NCBI RefSeq assembly: GCF_000181795.1
Contig: NW_003526943.1
Span: 10,923,759 to 10,987,758, forward strand
Length of the DNA stretch: 64,000 nt
From: Trichinella spiralis
Taxonomy: Eukaryota
Reading direction: 5' to 3'
The translations under genes were made by a program, and so were the position numbers. This document shows, one piece after another, positions 1 to 11,793 of this stretch. The notes under the pieces are model-generated. The model had not been told where the DNA came from, did no database searches, and was given only the letters and a program-made list of their open reading frames with translations. Every line of letters starts with the position of its first letter. The stretch's first letter is position 1.

Positions 1-1
1 C

Positions 2-1960
2 AATTCGACAATAATCCAGCGATGGTATTTCATTTCTCAGTTGATATCCACATGCCCGGTTCCATTGGAAACGATATTCTGCAAATTAGCATTGTATTAC
101 GATTGGCTGTTTTTCAATCCCGATTCGGAAAGCGTGATGCTGTTGGAGCCGGCGATTTTGATGGCGCGCAACTTTCTCCCCTCACAACCTGAACAAGCGT
201 TCAGCATTTTGGAATTTCTCGCTCTCACTGCGTACGAATTTTACCCGCCCATGCGGGATCAGATGCTCGCCTGTGTTCGCGGTTCGTTCAGAAAAATCCT
301 TTCGGACAACGTGCTGCCGTCGATGGACGTGTTCTTTGCCTTGCCAAATTGGGATGAGAAAGCGAAACAGAAAGTGTGGAATATTTGTCACGACGACGAC
401 GACGACGACATCCCGACGTCGGTAAAATCACACAATACAGAAACCCAACTGACTGGTGTCGATGAACACGACGGAATGGAGTCTACCGAAAGCAGCAAAC
501 AGTGCAGTTCGGAGGAGGACTGGGAAGCGGACAAGTTGAACCATCTGCTTGGTGAGCTGGATCCGAAATTGCGCGTTTGTGTGAAAAAGCTGAGCGAGGT
601 GAAAAACGAAAGCAGCAGCTCTTGCAAAGCGATGGTCGACTTGTTGATGGCGATGTTCCAGTTGGAAAAATTCGACCAAGAGCAGGCGACTTCGCTGGCC
701 GGATGTCTGTGTATGCTTTTCAAGATGTTTTTTGCTCATCGTCTGTTGCCGGATAATTTATCCAACTTTGAACAGCAGCAGCTGTTGCAGCAACAGCATC
801 AGCAGCAGCAAGATTGTTCGGATGATAATTTAAATGAACCGTTGTTCATGATTTTTCGCAATCTCTGTCTGACACCCGAAGATGATCCGTCGAGAAAGCC
901 GTTGCTGCTGCTGTTGGCCAAGATGTACGAAAAGCAGCAACGTCTGGGTTATTTCTTTTTGTACTTTCTCCAGTACAACGGTTCTACTATAAAAAGTAAA
1001 ACCATGACTCCGTACAAGGATTTGGCGAAATTGGTCGGCAACAGTTTGGACGAGATGTTGGAGCAAGATTTGAAAATGTGCGCCCGGGACGATTACCGCC
1101 TGTTTTTCCTGCTGTTGCCGCACGTCTACAAAGCTTGTCCTGAAGTGTCGCTGCGGTCGACGGAAATTATCCACCTCGTCGCCGCTTATTTCGACGGTGT
1201 CATATTGTACGATTTTTTGGTCCAAATGAACGAACTGGAGCTGCAACTGTTTCGCAAAGATACGTTCCCGTCGGTGCTTCAGGCGAGCCTCGAATGGTCG
1301 ACCATGGAGCAGATGTGCTTTTGGAATCTGGTCAGCGCCGACGGGGTTCCAATCGAGTGGATTCAGCATACGATACCGAAATTGGAATATCCCAAGCACG
1401 TCGAAGCGATGATCAACATCTGCTTGATGCTGGGCCAGCTGAAACGCGAGCCGGGCAAAGTGCTCGTGCGTCAACTGCTTTCGTCCACTGAGCATCGGTT
1501 CGCGGTGAACGGCTTGAAAAAGCTGATGGTCGAATATGAAAATCGCACCGCCGACCTGGTCGCCCAGATCTTGTGCAGCACGGTCGCCGATGCCGGCGCC
1601 AAGGCGAAACGTCACCAGCCCAAGGCCCCATCCCAGGAGCAAATTCTTGCCCATTTGGATCACTTCCGTTGCAGTACGAGCAGTTGCGATTCGTTTTTCT
1701 CCAAAGAGCCGATCCAAGCCGCATTGAACACCGTCAGGGCGCGTTGTTCGCAAGCGTTGAGGGCCCAGTTCAGCGATTTGTTCAGCATATCCGAAATTTT
1801 GGACAGCGTTCGAGACGGTCGATCGTTGCGCCGGCGTTCTGTCCCCGCATCCAGGGCTAAAGTGAACGACAGCAGCGACGACGATGCTGGATCTTATGTT
1901 TCGGCCAAAAATGCGAAAAAGCGTGCAAAACAGTCGATTGTCTTTTCTGATAGTGAATGA
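2..1960 (+). CDS. INTS3: Integrator complex subunit 3 (SOSS-A), 5'-partial, one long exon
   Basis: The frame is open from position 2 (NSTIIQRWYFISQLISTC...). IIQRW..ISQLISTC and KLALYYDWLFFNP..S.MLLEPAIL match the INTS3 core (ILPRWAIIGWLLTTC...KLALFYDWLFF..DSIMNIEPAIL). Also SLEWSTMEQMCFW and QEQILAHLDHFR, with a basic tail ending SDSE. Confidence 0.9.
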   Translation, partial: NSTIIQRWYFISQLISTCPVPLETIFCKLALYYDWLFFNPDSESVMLLEPAILMARNFLPSQPEQAFSILEFLALTAYEFYPPMRDQMLACVRGSFRKILSDNVLPSMDVFFALPNWDEKAKQKVWNICHDDDDDDIPTSVKSHNTETQLTGVDEHDGMESTESSKQCSSEEDWEADKLNHLLGELDPKLRVCVKKLSEVKNESSSSCKAMVDLLMAMFQLEKFDQEQATSLAGCLCMLFKMFFAHRLLPDNLSNFEQQQLLQQQHQQQQDCSDDNLNEPLFMIFRNLCLTPEDDPSRKPLLLLLAKMYEKQQRLGYFFLYFLQYNGSTIKSKTMTPYKDLAKLVGNSLDEMLEQDLKMCARDDYRLFFLLLPHVYKACPEVSLRSTEIIHLVAAYFDGVILYDFLVQMNELELQLFRKDTFPSVLQASLEWSTMEQMCFWNLVSADGVPIEWIQHTIPKLEYPKHVEAMINICLMLGQLKREPGKVLVRQLLSSTEHRFAVNGLKKLMVEYENRTADLVAQILCSTVADAGAKAKRHQPKAPSQEQILAHLDHFRCSTSSCDSFFSKEPIQAALNTVRARCSQALRAQFSDLFSISEILDSVRDGRSLRRRSVPASRAKVNDSSDDDAGSYVSAKNAKKRAKQSIVFSDSE

Positions 1961-2692
1961 ATAATGGTGAATTTCTTCTTTCACGTCTTCTCACCATTCT
2001 CTTCTTTTTTTTCTGCGCTTCTTATGCTTCTTAAATTCTCTTTTTATCTGTTCGTTTGAAATTTTGTTGTGGAAAGTTGAAAAGTAAGTTATATGAAAAT
2101 GATTATTATATTAAATTCATAGAATATGTGTAAAAAGTTTATTCTACATGAAATAGTCTAGAAAAGAAAAAAAATGTCAAATGACATGACCATTTTCGAA
2201 AAAGTTGCAATTATTTGTTGAATTAATTCATTTATTGGAAAGCAATTCGATTGATATTGTTAACGATGCAGGCTGAGAAAATGTTAATGAAAAAAATGGA
2301 TCTCCATTGACGATTTGATTTGTAATTTACCAATTGTATAAAAGCATCGGCAAAAGTTTTGCAAGTAGTATGTATGTATGATGTATGATCTATGATGATG
2401 TAGTTTTGATTCTACTGTAAACTGCTCAAAGTTTTGTACTGTAGACAATTTCACATTGAAAAATGTTCGAATTGGTGATTTTGCAAAAAATTTCCATTTT
2501 TGGAATACTGTAAAAATGAGCTAAACAAAACTGTAATCGATCTTTTAAAGAGAAACAAAAATGCGCACTTTAAAGCTGGCGAACAAACAATTTTAAAGTA
2601 ATTTGTTTAAAGTGAAAGTTATGCTGTTAGAAAATTGCAGTTTAATTGGGTATTCTGTTCATTTTTGAGCACCTTGTTGTTTTCGGTGAAAA

Positions 2693-3991
2693 ATGTCTGG
2701 TAAAAGGCAATACGATGAAACAGTGTTCAGCAGAATCGAGCCGTCACCCAAATCGAAAAAAGAATCCAAAAAGGAAAGTGATATGACAAAAAGAGGCAAG
2801 CCGCAACAAGCTGGTGGAATTGATAAGAAAAAGCAGAATAAAGTTAGTGGAATACCACAGTTGGACAGATCGAAGATGGGAAAACCGAGAACAATGGGAA
2901 TAGGTGAAGAAGCTGGAAGGGGAAAATCGTCTTTGCCATCGGTAAGTTCAATGAATATGAAAGCAAAATCGAAAAAACGATCCAAAAAGGGAAGGGCAAC
3001 GAATCCTGATGCGGCATATGAAACGATGTACAGTGTAATTGATATGAATGTAACTCAACGAGTCAAAGGGACTACAATGGCCGCAGGCCCAGTTAAAAAA
3101 TCTGAACAGAGAAAACAGGCGCAACTGCTGGTCGAAGCGAGTAAAATTGTCGAAGAAACTTTAGAAGAATCACCTACAACTGGGCGAATAATATTCTTAG
3201 CTCGTCATGGTGAACAAATGAATAATGTCTTTCCAAATTGGGTCCATGAAACATTTTCAAATTTTGGATTGTACAAACCTACCGATTTGAACATGCCGTT
3301 GTCATTGGTTCCCCGCCAAAATGGACCCGTGGATTTTCTGGATGATCCACCTTTAACTGAAATGGGCTACGTTACTTCTCAAATGATCGGACGTGGAGCA
3401 AAATTGAGTAATGTTCATTTTGATGCAATTTATTGCAGCCCAGCTTTACGCTGCATTCACAGTGCGCATGGTATTTTGAAAGCTTTTCCCAAATCAGAAA
3501 TGCAAATTCGTATTGAACCGGGATTGTTTGAATACATGGGCATGAACAGGGATTCCAAGCTCAATTTTGTATCTGGTGAAGAAATTAGCATTCAAGGTTA
3601 TGAAATTGATTTGGAATACACTCCGATGATTACTGCTGAAACTATAAGTGAACAATATAGAAATGAAAATATAGATGATTTTTATCAGCGAATATCTGAT
3701 GTGATTGAATCAATTTTACAAGCACATGACAGCCCTCCATGTAACATTCTCATCATTGGTCATGCTCTTACACTTGATGCTGGCAGTCGTTATCTGGCTC
3801 GTAAAAATGGAAATTTTCCTACTGAAGACCAAATTAATAATATGAATACATATTTTCCATACAGTGCTATTGTCGCAATGGAAGAGCTGGAGGATGAAGG
3901 AAAATGGCAACTGATGCAATCTGCTATGCCATCAATTTCTTCTATGGACTTTTCTAACCGCATTGATTTTAACTTTTTCAATCGTGAATAG
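2693..3991 (+). CDS. Histidine phosphatase (PGM family, Sts/UBASH3-like phosphatase domain) with a Lys-rich N-terminal extension; intronless
   Basis: Motifs IFLARHGE, DPPLTEMG, IYCSPALRC, IRIEPGLFE and NILIIGHA. No UBA or SH3 domain visible. Confidence 0.85.
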   Translation: MSGKRQYDETVFSRIEPSPKSKKESKKESDMTKRGKPQQAGGIDKKKQNKVSGIPQLDRSKMGKPRTMGIGEEAGRGKSSLPSVSSMNMKAKSKKRSKKGRATNPDAAYETMYSVIDMNVTQRVKGTTMAAGPVKKSEQRKQAQLLVEASKIVEETLEESPTTGRIIFLARHGEQMNNVFPNWVHETFSNFGLYKPTDLNMPLSLVPRQNGPVDFLDDPPLTEMGYVTSQMIGRGAKLSNVHFDAIYCSPALRCIHSAHGILKAFPKSEMQIRIEPGLFEYMGMNRDSKLNFVSGEEISIQGYEIDLEYTPMITAETISEQYRNENIDDFYQRISDVIESILQAHDSPPCNILIIGHALTLDAGSRYLARKNGNFPTEDQINNMNTYFPYSAIVAMEELEDEGKWQLMQSAMPSISSMDFSNRIDFNFFNRE

Positions 3992-4302
3992 GCGCGTCGT
4001 TTTGTAAATTTACTCTTTTTAAAAAATTTTAACAATATCATTTTTCATTTTTGTCAAATTTTATTCAAGTAACAATTTCAAATATATTTATATGAAAATA
4101 GATTAATATTTCATGGACAAAAATGTTCAACAAATAAGCCTAATGCGTACTACTATTATTTAGAGCATTATCGTGCACTTTTGGTCATATTATTTCTTAT
4201 TATTAAATTTATTTAGTATTAAAATTATTTTTATCATTAGTAATTTGTTATGTCATGATTAAAATATTATAATCTTGAGCGCTATTCACTGCGCTTATTT
4301 AA

Positions 4303-6350
4303 CCCTTTTCAGTTCAATGTTCTTATTTGAGAGCAGAACAATTTTGGCACATCTATTTATTTTTTTCATTAGTGGCTGTAACACTCAATTCACATTGATA
4401 TGTTCCGCTGAACGCGTTCTGTGGTTTGATGTATTCTACGTTCAGATATAATAGAACAGTGGGAAAACAGACATTGTGTAATGTTGCTATTTTTTAACAT
4501 TTTGAGTTACTCTAACATTTTATTTATGAAATAATTAAGATGCATTATCATCAGCCGGGATCATAAAATTTTAGCATGAACAAAATTGGTATTGGTCTCT
4601 TTCTTAGCATGCTTGAACTGAATGTTGCTAGAATTTGAATGCACCCAACTCAGAATGTTGGACATTTCTGTGATTAAAGCAATTTTGTACAGAAACTTTG
4701 ATTTGCAATGCACTAAACTACTGACGGATATTTGTGAAGCATCTTACTAAAATTTGTTTTTAATTCATTTTGATAGTTATGGTTCCTTCGTCAGTTGCTA
4801 TGGTTAATTCAGAAACAGAGTTAAAAGTGTCAGATATTGTAGCTAGTATACTTCGGTTCCACATTAGGTTTTTCATTTTGCTAGGTTCGCTGACTGAGAA
4901 CGGTCATATATATTGCAGAGATTTTTTAACACTGGAAAATGCATTGCACTACATTTAGTCATTCCAATAAGAGCTACAAGCAGGTGTTTAAATCTGCCAG
5001 TTGAAGAAGCCAGCCATAATAAAGATAGAAATATGACAAATGAAGAGCGTACTGATAAAAATTCATTGGATTAAGTGATCCCCAAAGATGTATGCGGTGA
5101 AGTTGACACGTATGTTAGACACGAAAGCGCTGTTGACGATTTGAAAATCAGTACAGACGTACCTAATTGTCTCACTCAAATGTCACCACAACTGGTGTCC
5201 TTGCTTCCTATCCCATTATTCCATCTGTTTTTTCCTAAAGACAATTTGAGCATTTCACTTGAATGACAATGCAATATGCTTTGCAGAAAGGAAGAAGCAT
5301 TGCTGCTACTACAGAGGACTTCATGCCGATTTTTGATCTCTTATTGTTGAGTGGATATCATACCGTCCTGAATGAGAATTTATTTTGGAGCTCAGCTAAA
5401 GATGTACTCCATTTTCAGAGAAAGAGCTGAAGTTAACGGGTCGAAGCGCTTTCGACTTTAGATCTGGCGCTGAAAACAGAATTATTGCAGTCGGTTGGTT
5501 TGGCAACAGACGCCCTACCACTGTACGTCTACGCATCTTGGTGTCAAATCCAAATCTGAAAGGATGTCAGGCAGTGAAAAGTAATCGACGTTATCATACC
5601 AAACATTGTAAAAAATTACAACATAAATATGGGCGGTATAGACTTGGCAACATCCTCGTTGCTCTATTCCGTGTCGACCGTAAAAGTCAAAAATGGACTC
5701 ATCGTATCCTTTTGCCAATAATTAGCAACGCCATTACAAATGCCTGGCAACTGTATAAGCATCACAGCAAATTAGTACATTGAACAACCACAGCCACAAT
5801 GGATCTTTTAACTTTTACTTGCCAAGTCAGCGAGTCCCTATGCCTTGTACATGAAACCATTACAACTACCAGAGGCTTTTCTCGTGAGCCTACTGCTAAC
5901 TCAGCATTACCATCAACAAGTCGACTAAAAAGAAGACTAAAAGCGTATCATTCGACGTGGCAATGCATCAAACTGACCACTGATCAGAAATCAATGAAAC
6001 CTGACGAAGATGCTGACAATGTTCCAAATTAGCCACCTGTGTAGGCAAAAAATGTGAAGTTTATCTATGCTTAAGCAGCAACAGAAGCTGTTTCATTAAA
6101 TTCCATAACTAATAATTTTTCATAGATATATAAACAAAAAAATCAAACGTTTAAACACACATTAAATTTGGTTCAAAAACCGTAGTTGCTGATCAGGCCG
6201 AGTGTATCATCTCTGATATAGCTCTGAAAATGGCAATAATATTAGCGCGGCTTCAGTTTCTTTTACCGTTTTCATATAGACATCAGATCATGTTAAAATT
6301 ATAAAATTAAAAAAAATTGATCATCAGGAAAAAATGCCTCTCTGAAAGGG
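4303..6350 (+). mobile_element. Degenerate, internally deleted piggyBac-like DNA transposon
   Basis: Frameshifted transposase remnants at about 5200-6110: LLLSGYH, PNIVKNYNINMGGIDL/ILVALFRVDRKSQKW..NAITNAWQLY, and C-terminal CEVYLCLSSNRSCFIKFH. Candidate ends are TTAA(4299-4302)+CCCTTTTCAG and CTGAAAGGG(6342-6350)+TGAA. The remnants are clear; the ends are less certain. Confidence 0.7.
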
Positions 6351-7079
6351 TGAAAGAACTGAAATTATGGAGATCTTCTACTTTTGTTTTAGCATATTTT
6401 CCCATATGTAAAATTTTTTGTTTTTGCCAACATCATCTTATGGAGTTAAAAATTAAATTTAATCATTAATCAATTATTTAATTAATTAGTAATGAAAAAA
6501 TTATAATTAAAAAATTAAATTTTACAAATAAGCATTTTAAATCAATATTATCGATGTGAGCCACAATTTCTACGGCTGCATTCAGCATTAAAACAAATAA
6601 AGCAATAATGAAAAAAACGCTGCTCAAAGTGAAAAAGTTGAACAAATGTCAGTAGCAATTCAAATTATTTTTTGCCTAGAAAATTTGCTCAGTAATAATT
6701 TAGATTTAGCATTTGCCTGCTGAATTTGTGCTTCATTTTTTATTTAATCTTGTTTTAAATTCTTTAAACTTGAAGAAACTGAACCGTTTTTCAAATTGAT
6801 GGTGACTTTCAATAATATTAACATTTCAAAATATGCTTTTAAAAATGCCATTAATCAATTTAATTTGGTCTACTGTTGTAAACTTTGTTTTTTACTTCCT
6901 AACAACAATACATTATATGATGTCAAATCAGTTAGTCAATTTATAATATTTAAAAATTATTTATTTATTAAAAGTTGAACCATAAGAAAATTAAATTCAA
7001 AAGTTCAAACGAATATTGATAAGTAGCAGTCAGTCAAGTATTCAATTTTTAAAATTATTATCCACGAATCCACTCAAGT

Positions 7080-8195
7080 CTAAGAATTGCCGACGCATCT
7101 TCCTGCAATACAAACCGAAGCAGGTTTTTCATTTACACAATGTGAACCATCTCTTCTCTTCAGCAGCTTCCCTTCCTCAGTATAAAAACGGCAATAATCT
7201 TGAAGATATTCAGGCTTAATTGAAAGTGATTCATTAATAAAAGATTGCCATTCGTTTTTCATGCAGTTAGCGTAAACGTTCAAACTTATTTTGAAAGGAA
7301 TTGCCATTTCACATATTTTGCTTTTGTGAGATGGAACAGGATTTTCACAAGTGAAAAGATGTAGTCTCACTGGCTTAGTATCTAGACAATCAACAGTGAA
7401 TTTGTCATCATCCGGACCAATGTGTTTCACCACTTCATCTAAAAACGTTTCATTATATGTTGATCATTTTAAACTTCCAACTTATTCATTTTTAAATAGT
7501 AAAAATTAATTTTTAACAGACAAGGTTAAGAAGAAATTAGTGCAATTTTTAAAATTAAATTAAAACTGTGAATTATACTGATGAAACGTACCTATCGATG
7601 TATCAGATCCTCTGACCATCAGGCATGCATTTTCATTTTTTTCTATCAGTGCTGATTGTGTATGTTCTTTACTCAAAAAATATTCTTTAACTCTAATATC
7701 GTCAGTTTCTACGCATTTTCCATTGTAACACCAGCCTGTCTCAGAGCAAGGTATTCCGTTCGGTGGTATCAAGAACAATTTTCGATTATAAGTTACCGCG
7801 TTCATATCTATATCAGTAAGATCAACCACCGTACTAAATCCCTCGCATACCATTAAAGTACAGTCAGTCACGTATTTTTCATACGATGTAAAGCAGTGAC
7901 CATTTATACTTTGATTCAGGCATACTTCTACGATGTCAGGCAACTTCATTTCAGGTTCAAGAGAGTACGAAACTGTGTTATCAGGGGGAACTGTTATCCA
8001 TTGACTATCATGATTGTACATCTTGAACAGTCCAAAAGCAGTTATGGCACACAATATTGCTATGAAAATGACGATGTACACTTTGTAAAAGAAAGTCGTT
8101 TGGTTTGCAGCTGCCAACTGGTTCACCTCTGGTTGAATACCCAGTGATGGTCTAATTGGTTGGAACAGTTCTTTTTTCCTCAAAATTGATTCCAT
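7080..8195 (-). CDS. Type II membrane protein with two ADAMTS-like cysteine-rich modules; two coding exons (8195-7592, 7438-7080)
   Basis: N-terminal TM segment VYIVIFIAILCAITAFGLF; motifs PPNGIPCSETGWCYNGKCV and RDGSHC...SVCIAGRCV. A GT-AG intron at 7591-7439 joins the two ORFs in frame (..TSI-D-EVVKHI..). Confidence 0.6.
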
Positions 8196-9132
8196 TTCCA
8201 ACAGACTTTCTAAAAGTGTTCAAATCATCATTCTCTTTTTCCTTATCAATTTTCAAAGAAATTCTGTTTCAACAAAGTATATTAGCTGAGCTTTAATTAT
8301 AAATAGTTTAAGCTAAAAATATTAATTTTATAATGAAACTAGCACATATAAATCAATCAAGATCTTAAAAAGTTATTTTTCATTTATTATTCATTCAATT
8401 AAGTTAAAAGCTTACCAAATTTCGTATGCTTACCACTGCGAAAACTGTAGCTATACTATGCTGTATCCTAAGCAAATGGCATTTGTATTACTTTCGAAAG
8501 TTCATTAAAGTTACTTTAAAAGAAAAAATTGTACTTTAAAGTGTGTTTAAAATAATTAGTTGTTTAAATAAATAACTTTTTCGTCAATTTATTTGCAAGC
8601 ACAATATCTCTAAACGAAATTTTACCTGATTTGAAATATAATTTTATTAATTAAACGGTAAACGGATGGTGAGTGAGATGTTTTTTTTCATTTAATCTTC
8701 ACAATTGCTGTTGCAAAATTTAGTAACAATATGCATAAATGCATTTGAAAATAATGATAAGCATAAGAAGAAAGAATAAATAAGATACAGTTAAAGACGT
8801 TAGTTTCCTTGATTGTAGTCATAGCTGACGTTTGCCCCTTTGGATAAATCTGCTTAAGTTAATTTATTATCTTATTTTTCTTTGCCTATTTTATACATTT
8901 ATTCAAAATGTTCAGGATCACGTTTAATTTAATTTTACCTGCAAAAAGGTTTTGCACTGCACAAAATAGAAACTGATTGCTGACAATCGCAATGCTTTCA
9001 ATTTTGAAAAAACTCCATAAAAGTTATATACAGTATATAATTTTATAACATTTTCCAGAATCTGCATCTGCATAAATTGACAAACAATATTCACGTGTTT
9101 TCTTTCCATCAAATGTATGCGATTTACATTTT

Positions 9133-10647
9133 TCATTCATTTATTTCAATAATTTGACGCAACTGTTCATCTGATTTGCATATGGCTATTCGCATTTCAT
9201 GATTTTTTAATCGAAGTCTGGCAATTTCATTTTCAACACTGACAAGTTCCTTTTCCAATTCTACCTTGGCGAGATCTTCTCCATTGAGCATTGAAAAAAA
9301 CACATTTTTGCTTTTGTTAACTTCTTTGCTGTAGAAGGTCCAATCGTTTGCTAGCTGTTGTATGTTTTCCAAAAGCAAGTCCAGAATCCTAGCCGCCGGT
9401 TGAGCACTTCTCGCGCAATTCTGTATCTGTTCCAACAAACTTGCTATTTCTTGCTTGAATGTTTCCATCTGATTTGCATCTATCAGTAGAACATCCGGCT
9501 TTTTGTAAGTGTTGTAGGTTTCAATTTCATTTTCAAATTTCTGCTTCGTTTCTAAAATATTTCTCACTAGTTGGCCGCCATTTTCGAGAAATACTTCTTC
9601 TTCAACTTTGTCATCCGCATTGTCAGCAATAGCCCACAAATTTTCAACATCGGCCTGTGATTTATCAGGTGAATTAAAATCCGCAGCTTCTGAATTCAAA
9701 TTCGGTTCGTATTTTTCCGCTGATGAAGGAGGTAACTTTGAAGCCAGTCGTGGTGGTGGTGCACGAGCTGTGCTCGGCCTGCTCATCAGAGCTCTGCTGG
9801 AAGGCCTTTCAACGTGCTCTGAATTCTGCATCTCTTCTTCTGCCGTTGTTTGTTCTTTTACAGGAGGAATTGCCACAGTATCATTTGCATCGTCTGACTT
9901 CAACTGTGAATTCTGATCTACCGAAATATTTTGCATATTTAATTTTTCTTCATTTTCAGGCGAAGCTAACAATTTCATCTGACTTTCCCTTGATAATTTC
10001 CCCGCTGAAACATGATCTTCCTGGTATGCATCTGATTTTCTACGTTCGTGAATAGCTGCTTTCAACGCGGCGTCGTTTTCTTTATTACGAATTGTATTCT
10101 TGCTTTTCACTTTCGAACTTTGATTAACATTTTTCACATCTTTAACTGAACTTTTCGCTTTTGCTCCATCTTCCGGAAGAAGCTTACTTTTTCTCCTTTC
10201 AAATTTTTCATGCTGATTTTCTGCATTCCCAGCTTCTTTCGTCTGTACTGAACGTTGATTTGCCCTTCTGTCAACTTTTCTGCTTGAATATTCTGTAGCT
10301 GCTTCGGCCAAGGCTTGCAAAAGTTCATTGGTTCGATCCGATTCCAGTCCGGCTACAATTTTGTTCGGTTTTGCTTGGATCTTTCTACCAAGGCTTTTCT
10401 CCACAGCTGAGATGAGTTTGTTTAAAAATTGAATTTTAAATTCTTTGCTCACAGGTCCGGCTTTTTCTAATTCATCATCAGTAAACAAATCTCTCATGAA
10501 GCCCGTAGACCGCACAACGGCAGTAGTTATACAACGCAAATAAGAAAATGGTGGACGCATGAGCAGCTTCTCTGTCAACTGCGGCTTTTCCACCAACGGA
10601 GCGAGCATTTTGATTGTTCGATGAGTAAAATTATCTTGCTTTGCCAT
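9133..10647 (-). CDS. TRAF3IP1: Intraflagellar transport protein IFT54 / TRAF3IP1 (MIP-T3, dyf-11); intronless CDS
   Basis: N-terminal CH domain KPQLTEKLLMRPPF.YL, KPNKIVAGLES.RTNELLQAL, charged linker, RPSTARAPPP, GGQLVRNILETK and a C-terminal coiled coil. Start is likely MAKQD (10647) rather than 10710. Confidence 0.9.
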   Translation of the reverse strand: MAKQDNFTHRTIKMLAPLVEKPQLTEKLLMRPPFSYLRCITTAVVRSTGFMRDLFTDDELEKAGPVSKEFKIQFLNKLISAVEKSLGRKIQAKPNKIVAGLESDRTNELLQALAEAATEYSSRKVDRRANQRSVQTKEAGNAENQHEKFERRKSKLLPEDGAKAKSSVKDVKNVNQSSKVKSKNTIRNKENDAALKAAIHERRKSDAYQEDHVSAGKLSRESQMKLLASPENEEKLNMQNISVDQNSQLKSDDANDTVAIPPVKEQTTAEEEMQNSEHVERPSSRALMSRPSTARAPPPRLASKLPPSSAEKYEPNLNSEAADFNSPDKSQADVENLWAIADNADDKVEEEVFLENGGQLVRNILETKQKFENEIETYNTYKKPDVLLIDANQMETFKQEIASLLEQIQNCARSAQPAARILDLLLENIQQLANDWTFYSKEVNKSKNVFFSMLNGEDLAKVELEKELVSVENEIARLRLKNHEMRIAICKSDEQLRQIIEINE

Positions 10648-10890
10648 TATTGCCAACTTCAATGACCATAAATCAGAACTATCAATAATAACAGCAATTA
10701 TTATTATCATTTAAAGTTGGCTAAAATAGATTCAGAAAAAGAATTTTGTTTTAAAAAACATACCTGCAATAAAACAACTGGTAATAATTATATTGGAATT
10801 TTTTATTGCTGGTGTTCAGATTGAACGTTTACTTTGAAATATTTTTCATTTCCTACACATTTCGTGTATTTCTACACGAGCGACAAGACC

Positions 10891-10903
10891 GTTTCCATGA
10901 CAC
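10891..10903. promoter_or_regulatory. X-box-like (RFX/DAF-19) motif upstream of IFT54
   Basis: GTTTCCATGACAC, about 245 bp upstream of a ciliary gene start; one base short of the GTHNYYATRRNAAC consensus. Confidence 0.5.
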
Positions 10904-11767
10904 ATGGTGTAAACAAATTTACTTAAACATTTATTGATTATGACATTTTATTGAAAATTAAGTTTGATAGAAAAAGCAATATTGTAAGCTTATGCACTTA
11001 GCTCATTTCATCACAAATCCTTACTTTCGATTTATTCAGTTTTTTAGTGACTCTAAGCGAGCGTTTAACCTATTTTTAGATTATATTGATTGAACTTTCA
11101 AACCGCCTACCTCTCGATTCTGCTTATTTTCAAATTTCTTTCTGTTTATATAGCAAAGCATTCATTTTTAATAACCAAACAGATTTATACAAGGTAAAAA
11201 AACATTTCATCAAATCTAAGCAAACACTCTTTTCCTCAGCTTTACCTTCTCAACTTCACCAGTGAAATGATTTATGCTGTTTGCATTGCAAAAGCAAAAA
11301 CAGTTTGCAGTTGTAGTGCTGGCTATTTGGCATGTTAATCTGCATTATTTATTTTATATTTATTGAGCTGTCATAATTATGGTAAATTTAAATTATTTAA
11401 TTTAATATATGCATATCGATGTAGAAGTTTGTGAGCGCATAACCAGTATCTACTAACATAACGTAATATAACTAAATTCAAAAATAATAAAAATAGAACT
11501 ATTTATATTTACAAAACAATTAAAAATAGTATTTTAAAGTTTATGAAAAAGCCAAGTTATTCAAAAGCAGTTTGCGTGAAACGGAAGTTCTCAATTACGC
11601 CTTTATTTTTAAATTTTTTAATGCAGGATATATAAAAAAATTGTTTAAAAACAATATTTTAATATTTTTATTTACTTTTTTATATTTTGGTTATTTCTGA
11701 AATCTTGTCGTTTCCTTATTTTTTAAACAATTACTTGCAAATCAATATACTTTTGTAGATTACAGTA

Positions 11768-11775
11768 GCGGGAAA
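11768..11775 (-). promoter_or_regulatory. E2F-like site upstream of MCM10
   Basis: GCGGGAAA (TTTCCCGC on the minus strand), about 20 bp before the MCM10 ATG in otherwise very AT-rich DNA. Confidence 0.4.
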
Positions 11776-11793
11776 ATATATTTAATGTTTAAA

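Noticed and set aside
830..1984. 384-aa antisense ORF over INTS3
   Set aside because: Shadow ORF of GC-rich coding sequence; no recognisable motifs.
10648..10710. Hydrophobic N-terminal extension of IFT54 (MIIIIAVII...) as a signal peptide
   Set aside because: IFT54 is cytoplasmic and homology starts near MAKQD; probably AT-rich UTR.
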